Assembly: GCF_006345805.1 (NCBI RefSeq) | Contig: NC_042999.1 | Coordinates: 134,974,001-135,038,000 of the forward strand | Direction of reading: 5' to 3' | DNA length: 64,000 nucleotides | Source of the DNA: Octopus sinensis | Taxonomy: Eukaryota | Notes under the pieces: model-generated | Database searches by the model: none | Told to the model about the DNA's origin: nothing | What the model saw: the letters and a program-made list of their open reading frames with translations, nothing else | Part shown: positions 54,101 through 61,555 of the stretch, piece by piece | Layout of the letters: every line of letters begins with the position of its first letter | How positions within the stretch are numbered: position 1 is the first letter of the stretch | Translations under genes and position numbers: made by a program

Positions 54101-57100
54101 AATGTGTCTTTCTTCTTATTAAGATGATAGGATGTTAACTTGGTGAAATTGATTGTATTTCTAGAAAGTTGAGTGACCAGATAGCGACACCCTTATTAAC
54201 ATTGTACAAGTGGATGTGTTTGAGAGAATATGTAGCCACAGAAACAATGAAATGCCAGGTCATCAACACAACACTTAATGCTGTTCACAGGATCACTTTT
54301 TTTTCTTTTATAAGAAAGCAAAGAAGACTACTTACCAACGACACTGGCTCCTCGTTCAGCAAATGCCAAGGCATATTGTCGACCCAAGCCTACAACAAAA
54401 GCAAATAGTCAAAAAAAAAAAGAAAAAAAAGGCAGGAATGAAGGAAAAGAACAAATGAATGAACAAACAAAAGAAAGAAAGATGGCCCTGACTATCAGCA
54501 TCTTGGTGAAATCTGAACTCCCAATACAAAGAGCCAAAACAGACAGTAAGGCATCAACTCTGACACTAATGATTCCACCCATAACCCACCCACCCTACAC
54601 ACACATTACATTGGTATTTATTTCACTAAAAGCTGTCCTCAGAATATAGGCCTATTATCCAGAGCATTACTTTATATACCAACAAATCAGAAATCTTTAA
54701 GAATACTAAAGGTATATACATATATATTGGAACTATAAAACTGAAAATACAAGCTGTCCATCATATATTAGATGTAGATGAGATGTGTGTTGTGTAAACC
54801 AGAAATGGAAAAAAAAGAGAAGGCTGTTTTAATAGTGGTTGTAATGGTAGTGATGAAGTTGAGATAGTACATAATATTTAGAAGAGCAATGTAGCTAAAT
54901 TTTGATTTCTTACTAGCACCAATTTTACTTACAAAAGCTATACTGTTTATTTTGAAACAGTATTTTGAAATTCACATAGCCTTTTTTTCACAAGACTGAT
55001 TTGTTGTGAATTCCCATTTAATTTTGCTGGAGCTATTGCTACATTTAGATGCTGTTTGCTGCAGACAAAGCAAAATGGCATCATCATCATCATCATCATC
55101 ATTTAGCGTCCGTTTTCCATGCTAGCATGGGTTGGACGGTTTAACTGGGGTCTGTGAAGCCGGAAGGCTTCATCAGGCCCAGTCAGATTTGGCAGTGTTT
55201 CTACGGCTGGATGCCCTTCCTAACGCCAACCACTCCGCGAGTGTAGTGGGTGTTTTTTACGTGCCACCTGCACAGGTGCCAGACAGAGCTGGCGAACGGC
55301 CACGAACGGATGGTGTTTTTACGTGTCACCGGCACGGGGCCAGGCAATGCTGGCAATGGACACGAACGGATGGTGCTTTTACGTGCCACCGACATGGGGC
55401 CAGACAGAGCTGGCAAACGGCCACGAACGGACGGTGCTTTTACGTGTCACCGGCACGGGGGCCAGCCGAGGCTGGCAACGGACACGAACGGACGGTGCTT
55501 TTATGTGCCACCGACACGGGGGCCAGACAGAGCTGGCAAACGGCCACGAGCGAATGGTGCTTTTACGTATCACCGACACGGGTGCCAGACGAGGCTGACA
55601 GTGAACACGAACAGATGGGTCACTTAACCCCTGCTTTCTGATATATGATTTGATTTTGATTGTTCTCACTGGTCTTGCCGGGTCTTCTGACGCACAGCAT
55701 ACTTCCATAGGTCTCGGTCTCTGGTCATTTCCTTGGTGAGACCTAGAGTTCGAAGGCACAGTATATATATAAAGCCTATTGATAAGTATATAACATTGTA
55801 CAAAAAAAAAAGTCCCTTTTAAGACTCAAGTTACAAGTTATTTAGATGCAGAAATTACTGCACAAAAAAGGAAAATTCACACAGTTGATGAGTGTATAAT
55901 CATGCTTGCTTAAGTGAAATGCTGGAACGAAATGCAGCACAGGAAACTGAAAATCTTCCACTTTCAGACAATACAATAAATCAACATATTTTGACACAAG
56001 GCCAGCAATTTTTTTGCTAGAGAGGATCCAAGCCAATTAAATCAAACTCAGTGCTCAACTGATACTTATTTTATCAACCCTGAAAGGATGAAAGGCAAAG
56101 TCAACTTTGGCAGAATTTGAACTCAGAATGCAGAGGGGGACAAAATATTGCTAAGCATCTTGCCCAGCATGCTGACTTAATAAATCTGCTAGCTTGTTGA
56201 CTTAATAAATCCACATATTGATAAAATATCACATGATACTGAAGGAGATATATACGATAAGATAAAAAATGCCAAAAGGCCATGAATTTGTATAGTTGAC
56301 TGAATCATTCTCAAGACATGCCTGTTCTATTATATCAATCTAAATGGTGATGGCCTCAGCAGGATCTGAACTCATAATGGTAATTATACTAAAGTACTCT
56401 AGCATATCTATCATTCCACCACCTTAGTGGTTTCCAAATAATACCTATATGTTCATCAGCTGGACTAAGGTTTAAAGAAAGAGAACTGTTATTTAACCAG
56501 GGTTGATAAGATATCAGACAACTAGGCAAGAGGTCAATGGTTCATATCCTGTAACAGGGCTGCATTATGTCAAATATATTATGTCAGACAATTAGTCTAA
56601 CAGTAAGTAGGATTTGAAAGAGGTTTAGTTGCTATTTCTACCAGATTGTGTGACCATACAGAGACTCTCTCATTGGTTCAATTTAGTCTATATTTGGTTT
56701 ATGAGTGAGGAGTATAATTCAATCCATGGAAAAACCTGTCAGTCACAGACCAGTTTCCTGTCCAAGAGAGATGTGTCTCATGTGTTCAATGCCACAAAAA
56801 TAGGACAAAGATCTGAGGAACCTTATACTAACATGGAGTACCATTTATTGTGACTCAGGGTGTATGAGAGTCTCAGGTTCCAGGGAACTTTGTTATACCT
56901 GAGAGTGGCTAAAGGCCCAAAATTATCATCAGCCATGAGGAAACTTGTAATACTCTTAAGAGCCACTGGTAATGATTAATGGAGTATGATTGCCACTAGC
57001 CTGAGAAACCTTGAAATACCCTTGAGTGCCACTGATAGTAGTTTATGGTATATGACTGTCACTATCCCCAAGGAAATTTGTAATACCCTTGCATATATTT

Positions 57101-60100
57101 TTAATAGTAACAATGGTGTACCAGTAATTCATGACAGTAAGATATGGCTGTCTCAGGCTTAGAATGTTATTGAAATATAACTAAAGTACTAAACCCAAAT
57201 GAAGCAGGTGATGGTGAAGTTATTTATACAATTAGGTTAAATTGATACATTTACACATGAATGTATGACAAGGGTTGATTAGAACTGATGTCAATCAATG
57301 GTAGCATATCTCAGATAATTAGATGTGACAGGTGTCAAAAATAAAGACACAAGATAAAGATTTTAATAGCAATATATGTGTTTGTTTCCGACTTCATAGC
57401 TTGTAACTGACTGTAGTGATTTTTTACTATGCTAAAATGTGGACACTTATTGAGTGTGAAATGATAAAAGATAGATAACCAGACAAGATAGACGCACACA
57501 CAAGTAATCAGATGGATAAACAGACTGATAGACAAAGGTCTACTGCAAATATTTTAGTATTCCAGAGCATTTTGCATCAGAAACCCCTAACTGAATGGTC
57601 CTCAATGACACAGCCCCAACACTACTTACATTTTCTACTCAGATTTAGGGATGGTAAACATAAAAATAAAATTTTTCTAAGGAATCTCTCTTTGCGACAA
57701 CATGGCATCCTGGGTAAGTGTCTTCTACTGTAGCCCCAGGTGGACAAATGCATCGTGAGTGAATTTTGTAAACAGAAATAGGATGAATCCCAGTGTGTGT
57801 GTGTGTATGAGTGGACAAATGAAAGGAAATGGCACTCAATACGTTTGTAGAAGTTACATGTATTACTTAAAACAGTGTGATTCTGTTCCATATGACTTCA
57901 AGTTTCACAGACCTCTAACAGGACCTTGTATCTTTTAGTACTGGGGTTGATTTACTTGAATAACCCTTCAAGGTGGTGTTCTAGCATAGCTGCAGTCCAA
58001 TGAATGCAAGAAGTAAAAAATAAAAGATAATTATTCCACACAAATATGGGCACTAGGTACACAATTCCTACATGTCTGTTGTCTGGTTAGCTTTCTATAA
58101 ATATCATCATCATCATTTAGCACCTGCTTTCCGTGCTGGCATGGGTTAGATGGTGTGACTGGAACTGGTAAGCAGGAGAGCTGCATCAGGCTGCAGTCTG
58201 GTTTGGCTTGGTTTCTACGGATGGAGGCCCATCCTAACACCAACCATGCTGCAGAGTGTAGCAGGAGCTTTTAACATGTCACTGGCACAAGTGCTTTTGC
58301 CTTTAAAGTGTTACCAGCACAGCTGCCTTTAACATATCACTGGTACAGGTGCCTTTAACATGTAACCAGCACAGGTGTCTTTAACATGTAACCAGCACAG
58401 GTGTCTTTAACATGTGACCAGCACAGGTGTCTTTAACATGTGACCAGCACAGGTGTCTTTAACATGTGACCAGCACAGGTGTCTTTAATGTGTCACCAGC
58501 ACAAGTGCCTTTAACATGTCACCTACACAGATGTCTTTTACTTATCATGGACACCCAAAATGGAATAAATTCTGATGCTATGAGGATAAAAGTATTCTAA
58601 TGTTTTGGGCAGGGAGCTAAGTTTGTCTATGTATACATGTATCTATCACTCTGACTGACTCTCAGTCCTTCTCACACCACACCAACTTAATCTCTTTCCT
58701 GCATTTTATGGTACTAATTACTTGTACTTCAGACTACCACAAGTTTCTTCAGACACTAAAGCTTCACTAATGTATAAATTCAGTTTGACACACTACTATA
58801 ACATCAATTAAAATGTAATTACTTATAGAAAGTTCCACCTCTCACTAGCTATACTATCCACGTATACTTCAGACCACCACAAGTTCCCTCAGACACTAAT
58901 GTTTTACAAGTGTACAAAGAGGTGCTGGAAAGTTCTTGACTTTGGGTAAAAGAAAATATAGGAGGATCAGTTATGGTTTTATTTAGCATATTCCCCTCTC
59001 AAATTCACACACTTATTGCAGCAGTCCTTCAGTTTTACTAAGCCCTGTAAAAGAACTCAGAAGGTTGGGGCTCCAACAAGGTCTTTCGCAATATCCTTAA
59101 AGCCAGGAACTTTTCAACATCCCCTCGTATAAATTCAGATTAACACACCACCCACTCCATTTATAAACCATCATAATGTCAATTAAAATGTAATTACTCA
59201 ATGAGTTCCACCACTCACTAGCTATACAGTAAACAGGAGGTGAATTCAGCGTCACCACTAATTGCTATGGAGAGTTGTTGCTACCCAGCTTGTTCAACTG
59301 AGTATTTTTAGGTGCTTAACATTTTAATATAAAATCAGGAAGATATGCAGACTTAATCTTTCAGATGATTATATAGAGAGCTGAACAAAATGTCTTTTGG
59401 TATTACTGCTATTTACGTTCCAAGTTCAAATTTCACCAGGAGACTTGCTTCTTTTTTTTTTTATCTCTATTATCATTTATGTCACACATATACATAAATA
59501 TATACAAATATAATACAAATAAGAAAATGGAGGAACAGATTCCTTTCAATCATCAACTTACAGATAATACCAATTCATATTATTTATTAACTACTTAAAT
59601 AGGAACATTCAAATCCAACAGCATAAAACAAAATACATCAATAAGTAAGATAATACCATAAAAATAATAGGGTTACACTCATAATCCCTATCTCACTTTG
59701 TACTTATATATATATTTATATATATATATATTTATATAGGTATTCCTATACATGTGTACCCACCGACTTTGTTTTCTCATAACCTCCAGAAAAATGGATA
59801 TTTTTTAAAATCAAATTTTCTACAAATAGGCTTCAGATAGTGTTGATTTATGTCGGAACTTATCATGAAAAATTTTTTTCTGTGGGAAGAGGAGTTTCGG
59901 AAAATTCATACGTGTTGACTTTTTTTCCTCATAACTTTCAGAAAAATGGGTGTTTTTAATGAAATTTTCAACACATACTTTTCAGCGTGTGCAAATTACG
60001 AATATAAAAAAAATAATAATGAAATTATTGTATACAGTGCTCAGGTGCACCACAACTTGTCAGAAAGTGCATATAAAGTACATGCAGTAATGTAGAAATG

Positions 60101-61269
60101 TCTCGAAAGCGAACAATGTATGAGTCAGATACATGCTTGTGTGTGTATGGAGGGGATAAAATCAGGTGTAGTGTTGGCGAATCTCAGGAAGCATGGAAGT
60201 TTTGAAGGATGCAGTGCTCCGACAACTAACAACCGATGCCGGCAGTTTGTTCCATGCTTCAGCAACTCTCAGCGTGAAAAAATGTTTCCTGAAGTCATGG
60301 GAGCTGTGCTGTTTTCTTACTTTGTAAATATGTCCACGGGTGTTAGATGGGTGGAGTTTGAAAAGGTGCTCAGAGTTATTGTTTGTGCGATGGTTGATAA
60401 TTTTATGGGTGTCTGCCAAGTCAGCTGCCAGACATCGGAGTTTCAATGTGTCCATGCCCAGGGAAGTAAGGCGTTCAGGATATGGCAAATGCCTGATGGA
60501 GGGTATTCTTTTGGTTGCACGTCGCTGAACAGCTTCCAGACGATTGATGTCCTGGGCAAGATATCGGAATTTAATGTGAAAAAAATAGTGAGCACACACG
60601 TATACAAATGAAACACATTCCAATTCGTTTTCGAAATTTCTAGTTCCATTTAGTAAATGTATGTGACGCTTGTCAGTATGTATGTTTTTTCTTTTTTTTT
60701 TTTTTCATAATTAATTTCCGATACAATCGTAATCTACACACTGAAAAGTATCTGAAGAAAATTTCATTACAAATAACCATTTTTCTGAAAGTAATGAAGA
60801 AACAAAGCCAACTCGTGTTAATTTTCCTCTTCACACCCACAGAAAAATGTTTTCGCAAAAAATTCTGAAATAATCGGAATCTACACTATCTGAAGAGTAT
60901 TTGTAGAAAATTTCATTGAAAATATCCATTTTTCTGGGAGATATGAGGAAACAAAGTCAGGAGGGGTACACATGTGTAGGAACAGTCATCGCATTTAATT
61001 ATTCATTGTGAAAAATAAAGAGTATTTATTCATACCAGTCATCTGTCTATGTATACATATATACCGATAGCTATAGATCTACGTACTACTCATAATTGTC
61101 ATCTTTCTGGACAATTGCAAGTTCCTTTTGATGTGAATGGTAATGAAGTTACATCTTAACTCATTATTGACAAATAAATATTCAAAAGAGAAAGAAAAAG
61201 GACAATCTTACCATTGCCTGCACCGGTGATAAGTACCACTTGTCCATCGAACTGTAGTGGCGAAGCCAT
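2549..61269 (-). CDS. HSD17B4: Peroxisomal multifunctional enzyme type 2 (D-bifunctional protein), 22 coding exons, 3'-incomplete in window
   Basis: Hand-spliced exons total 2103 nt in one frame, all GT-AG with matching phases. Motifs: TGAGNGLG, NNAG, TSS, YGAAK (SDR); [11 protein letters not shown] (hydratase-2); C-terminal SCP2-like segment. Many exon lengths equal the human ones as I recall them (58, 54, 108, 60, 85, 70, 107, 87). Confidence 0.97.
2735..2955 (-). mobile_element. tRNA-derived SINE family A
   Basis: Minus-strand gagttcaaatt B box and tttgcctttcatcct core; ~10 copies in the window. Confidence 0.85.
4072..4216 (-). CDS. HSD17B4: Exon 21 (SCP2): [48 protein letters not shown](T)
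   Basis: tgccag acceptor, gtaagt donor, 145 nt, K.NAVF.W.ITK motif. Confidence 0.93.
4589..4728. repeat. 140-bp near-perfect palindrome (70-bp arms, no spacer)
   Basis: 66/70 Watson-Crick pairs, centre tgta|taca at 4658/4659. Confidence 0.95.
5729..5948. mobile_element. TTAA-type (piggyBac-like) MITE
   Basis: tcaa|cccttaagcattca...tgaatgctaaagag|ttaa inverted termini. Confidence 0.7.
7685..8160 (+). mobile_element. L1/Tx1-like LINE 3' end
   Basis: Homologous to 63560-64000 and 61556-61770; residual C-x2-C (CHDCDE) and LAKGIW-like C-terminal motifs. Confidence 0.6.
8765..8854 (-). CDS. HSD17B4: Exon 20: [30 protein letters not shown]
   Basis: tttcag acceptor, gtaagt donor, 90 nt, phase 0 at both ends. 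Confidence 0.9.
9153..9239 (-). CDS. HSD17B4: Exon 19: [29 protein letters not shown]
   Basis: tttcag acceptor, gtgagt donor, 87 nt, RF.KP..PGQTL.TEMWK motif. Confidence 0.96.
11028..13454. mobile_element. Long inverted-repeat (foldback/MITE-like) element interrupted by CR1
   Basis: 11071-11403 is the reverse complement of 11690-12035; 11028-11070 is the reverse complement of 13412-13454. Confidence 0.85.
12047..13405 (-). mobile_element. 5'-truncated CR1/L2-group LINE with uninterrupted RT-containing ORF (12127-13374) and (ATT)n tail
   Basis: [37 protein letters not shown] and [13 protein letters not shown] motifs. Confidence 0.95.
14015..15548. mobile_element. Non-autonomous long-TIR element (Mutator-like?)
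   Basis: Arms 14015-14376 and 15205-15548; termini gtggagctggatgacagt / actgtcatccagctccac; A-rich 12-bp flanks match at 10/12. Confidence 0.75.
15571..15785. repeat. 17-bp minisatellite (GGGTACARCCTTACACA) x ~12.5
   Basis: Directly visible; explains the 17-aa periodicity of ORF 15518-16054. Confidence 0.97.
16887..16993 (-). CDS. HSD17B4: Exon 18: (G)[35 protein letters not shown]
   Basis: gaacag acceptor, gtaagt donor, 107 nt, LHGLC motif. Confidence 0.95.
17290..17505 (-). mobile_element. SINE family A with ~15-bp TSD
   Basis: ttttatctaatattg on both flanks. Confidence 0.85.
17628..17697 (-). CDS. HSD17B4: Exon 17: [23 protein letters not shown](G)
   Basis: ttttag acceptor, gtaagt donor, 70 nt; hydratase-2 motif with the catalytic Asp and His. 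Confidence 0.97.
17770..18009. mobile_element. hAT-type MITE
   Basis: cagtggttctcaac...ggttgaaaaacattg termini; similar to 48372-48702. Confidence 0.7.
18209..18381 (-). CDS. HSD17B4: Exon 16: (V)[57 protein letters not shown]
   Basis: tttcag acceptor, gtgagt donor, 173 nt, GSGGFGG motif. Confidence 0.95.
18850..20530 (-). mobile_element. Heavily degraded LINE (CR1/Jockey-like RT)
   Basis: [13 protein letters not shown]...ISKAF remnant at 19708-19850; boundaries approximate. Confidence 0.65.
21043..21166 (-). CDS. HSD17B4: Exon 15: [41 protein letters not shown](V)
   Basis: tgtcag acceptor, gtaagt donor, 124 nt, LHGEQY and DKGSG motifs. Confidence 0.96.
21542..22618 (-). mobile_element. 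Internally deleted piggyBac with transposase N-terminus (ORF 21911-22267)
   Basis: TTAA|ccctttcattac...gtaacgaaaggg|TTAA; acidic N-terminus and YFYLLF...[10 protein letters not shown]...PTTLNEIK motif. Confidence 0.88.
24433..24590 (-). CDS. HSD17B4: Exon 14: (V)[52 protein letters not shown]
   Basis: tttcag acceptor, gtaata donor, 158 nt, KFLYE..F..LPTF motif. Confidence 0.94.
24680..25107 (-). mobile_element. Two tandem SINE family A copies
   Basis: 24680-24887 and 24893-25107, bordered by (AAT/GAT/AAC)n tracts. Confidence 0.85.
25143..25465 (+). mobile_element. R4/Dong-like LINE 3' fragment (restriction-like endonuclease region)
   Basis: [10 protein letters not shown]...NLSV.EF...[11 protein letters not shown]...TTPV.SALG remnant, starting right after (TAA)n. 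Confidence 0.7.
25770..25986 (-). mobile_element. SINE family A
   Basis: Same core as the other copies; head abuts (AAT)n. Confidence 0.85.
26004..27400 (+). mobile_element. Degraded R4/Dong-clade non-LTR retrotransposon (RT region)
   Basis: [43 protein letters not shown] and [16 protein letters not shown]-like motifs, with stops and frameshifts. Confidence 0.88.
27771..27846 (-). CDS. HSD17B4: Exon 13: [25 protein letters not shown](V)
   Basis: ccttag acceptor, gtaaga donor, 76 nt, ILYAL motif. Confidence 0.9.
29825..29901 (-). CDS. HSD17B4: Exon 12 (interdomain linker): (E)[25 protein letters not shown]
   Basis: ttgcag acceptor, gtgagt donor, 77 nt; phase 1 to 0 bridges the flanking exons; low sequence conservation. 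Confidence 0.8.
31329..31391 (-). CDS. HSD17B4: Exon 11: (V)[20 protein letters not shown](E)
   Basis: tttcag acceptor, gtaaga donor, 63 nt. Confidence 0.93.
32412..32640 (+). mobile_element. SINE family A (antisense to gene)
   Basis: aagttcaaattcc B box; flanked by (ATT)n. Confidence 0.8.
32724..32786 (-). CDS. HSD17B4: Exon 10: (L)[20 protein letters not shown](V)
   Basis: cttcag acceptor, gtatga donor, 63 nt, RWER motif. Confidence 0.94.
33475..33800 (+). mobile_element. SINE family C (tRNA head + tgtgttcttgaacaagacac core)
   Basis: tggctcagtggttag A box; related copies at 44665-44970 (+) and 49245-49420 (-). Confidence 0.75.
34075..35690. repeat. Tandem triplication (~585-bp period) with microsatellite-bounded units
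   Basis: Cores 34108-34417, 34594-35014 and 35179-35598 are near-identical, separated by (GT)n(GCGT)n/(AGGT)n. Confidence 0.95.
37720..37836 (-). CDS. HSD17B4: Exon 9: (D)[38 protein letters not shown](L)
   Basis: tttcag acceptor, gtaatc donor, 117 nt. Confidence 0.95.
38075..38485 (+). mobile_element. Near full-length SINE family B
   Basis: tRNA-like head, central (TA)n, 3' ...gactaaaacaagtaaagg. Confidence 0.8.
39339..39461 (-). CDS. HSD17B4: Exon 8: (A)[40 protein letters not shown](D)
   Basis: tttcag acceptor, gtgagt donor, 123 nt; carries the catalytic Lys. Confidence 0.96.
41161..41262 (+). mobile_element. SINE family A head fragment
   Basis: ggtggcaagctggcaaaa...gagttcaaattcc. Confidence 0.75.
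41716..42243. repeat. Inverted repeat, ~155-bp arms, ~215-bp spacer (MITE-like)
   Basis: 41716-41869 is the reverse complement of 42087-42243. Confidence 0.85.
43251..43315 (-). CDS. HSD17B4: Exon 7: (R)[21 protein letters not shown](A)
   Basis: atccag acceptor, gtaatc donor, 65 nt; carries the catalytic Ser and Tyr. Confidence 0.96.
43733..43817 (-). CDS. HSD17B4: Exon 6: (D)[27 protein letters not shown](R)
   Basis: ttgcag acceptor, gtaact donor, 85 nt. Confidence 0.96.
44058..44126 (-). CDS. HSD17B4: Exon 5: (D)[22 protein letters not shown](D)
   Basis: tgttag acceptor, gtaagt donor, 69 nt, NNAG motif. Confidence 0.96.
44665..44970 (+). mobile_element. SINE family C
   Basis: tgacctagtggttag head and tgtgttcttgagcaaaacac core. 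Confidence 0.7.
45568..45627 (-). CDS. HSD17B4: Exon 4: (H)[19 protein letters not shown](D)
   Basis: aattag acceptor, gtaagt donor, 60 nt. Confidence 0.95.
45915..46703 (-). mobile_element. Degraded, internally deleted mariner transposon
   Basis: N-terminal [10 protein letters not shown]...RNINAVY; C-terminal HEDNARPH...HPPY...YHLFCSLQN; terminus attgggtcatcccataaataatg. Confidence 0.88.
46720..46915 (+). mobile_element. SINE family B, 3' half
   Basis: Matches 1196-1415 and 38270-38485. Confidence 0.75.
47583..47690 (-). CDS. HSD17B4: Exon 3: (V)[35 protein letters not shown](H)
   Basis: ttttaag acceptor, gtaaga donor, 108 nt, NDLGG motif. Confidence 0.95.
48372..48702. mobile_element. 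hAT-type MITE
   Basis: 13-bp TIR cagtggttctcaa / ttgagaaccactg; 8-bp flanks ctcaagag vs atctagag (6/8). Confidence 0.82.
49245..49420 (-). mobile_element. SINE family C fragment
   Basis: Minus-strand gtggctcagtggttaag head and tgtgttcttcagcaaaacac core. Confidence 0.7.
49949..50164 (+). mobile_element. SINE family A with exact 18-bp TSD
   Basis: attattttactactttct at 49931-49948 and 50165-50182. Confidence 0.9.
51040..53385 (-). mobile_element. 5'-truncated RTE-clade LINE with disrupted ORF, array-containing 3' UTR and (GAT)n tail
   Basis: [33 protein letters not shown] and FRYLGD motifs; several frameshifts. Confidence 0.93.
54336..54389 (-). CDS. HSD17B4: Exon 2: (G)[17 protein letters not shown](V)
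   Basis: ttgtag acceptor, gtaagt donor, 54 nt. Confidence 0.95.
55077..55760 (-). mobile_element. RTE 3' end with six ~61-bp units (alternating A/B)
   Basis: Shares the tail and flanks of 51040-51800; units start near 55250, 55312, 55373, 55434, 55495 and 55557. Confidence 0.88.
55985..56190 (-). mobile_element. SINE family A
   Basis: Same core as the other copies. Confidence 0.8.
58105..58545 (-). mobile_element. RTE 3'-end fragment with 26-bp array (~10 units)
   Basis: gtgtctttaacatgtgaccagcacag repeats after the shared ccaaccatgctgcagagtgta core. Confidence 0.8.
58915..59127 (+). mobile_element. Mariner-derived MITE with TA TSD
   Basis: Inverted termini (ctggaaagttcttgacttt / aaagccaggaacttttcaacatcccctcg); empty paralogous site at 58771-58780. 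Confidence 0.88.
59743..60982. mobile_element. Long inverted-repeat element (~280-bp arms with internal ~125-bp subrepeat) interrupted by CR1
   Basis: 59743-60005 plus 60563-60585 pair with 60700-60982. Confidence 0.82.
60006..60562 (-). mobile_element. Short 5'-truncated CR1/L2-group LINE, related to the 12-13 kb copy
   Basis: Open frame [18 protein letters not shown]...HYT*; shared 3' UTR gtgcacctgagcactgta. Confidence 0.93.
61212..61269 (-). CDS. HSD17B4: Exon 1: [19 protein letters not shown](G)
   Basis: ACTGCC-ATG-G start context, 58 nt, donor GTAAGA. Confidence 0.95.
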
Positions 61270-61555
61270 GGCAGTTGACACAAATGATGGTTGGTGTTAA
61301 TTACGCAGTGAGAGTTATCTCCCCCTATTTCAACAGCTTGCCTAAACAATTGAACAAAAAAGTGAACTTTGATCTGGAAACTAAACGATGTCAATATTGC
61401 CTGTCAAGCGGAGTAGGGAGGGAACAAACATAAACACACACACACATGGTGGGTCAAAAGTCATGCACAAAATAAATTCGATACACTCCGGAATTGTCGG
61501 CAATGCTTCAATTTTTCTAAAACTGAATAAAGTAAATAAAATAGTGATGAATGCA
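61270..61555 (-). promoter_or_regulatory. Putative 5' UTR and proximal promoter of HSD17B4
   Basis: Positional only: ~286 bp between the ATG and the 3' tail of an upstream L1/Tx1 relic; TSS not identifiable. Confidence 0.4.

Noticed and set aside
55132-55759. Several 120-170-aa ORFs and a repeat-spacer-like array
   Set aside because: These are tandem units of an RTE 3' UTR; the variable parts are homologous to each other, not acquired spacers.
2421-56190. tRNA-like A/B boxes at many positions
   Set aside because: All are SINE heads followed by shared SINE bodies; none forms a complete cloverleaf gene.
1620-58120. Possible C/D-box snoRNAs (TGATGA motifs)
   Set aside because: The motifs come from (GAT)n tails of retroelements; no terminal stems or guide elements were seen.
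61391-61447. 18-codon upstream ORF with CCACCATG context
   Set aside because: It lies in a SINE-like remnant and the TSS is unknown, so it cannot be shown to be in the mRNA.
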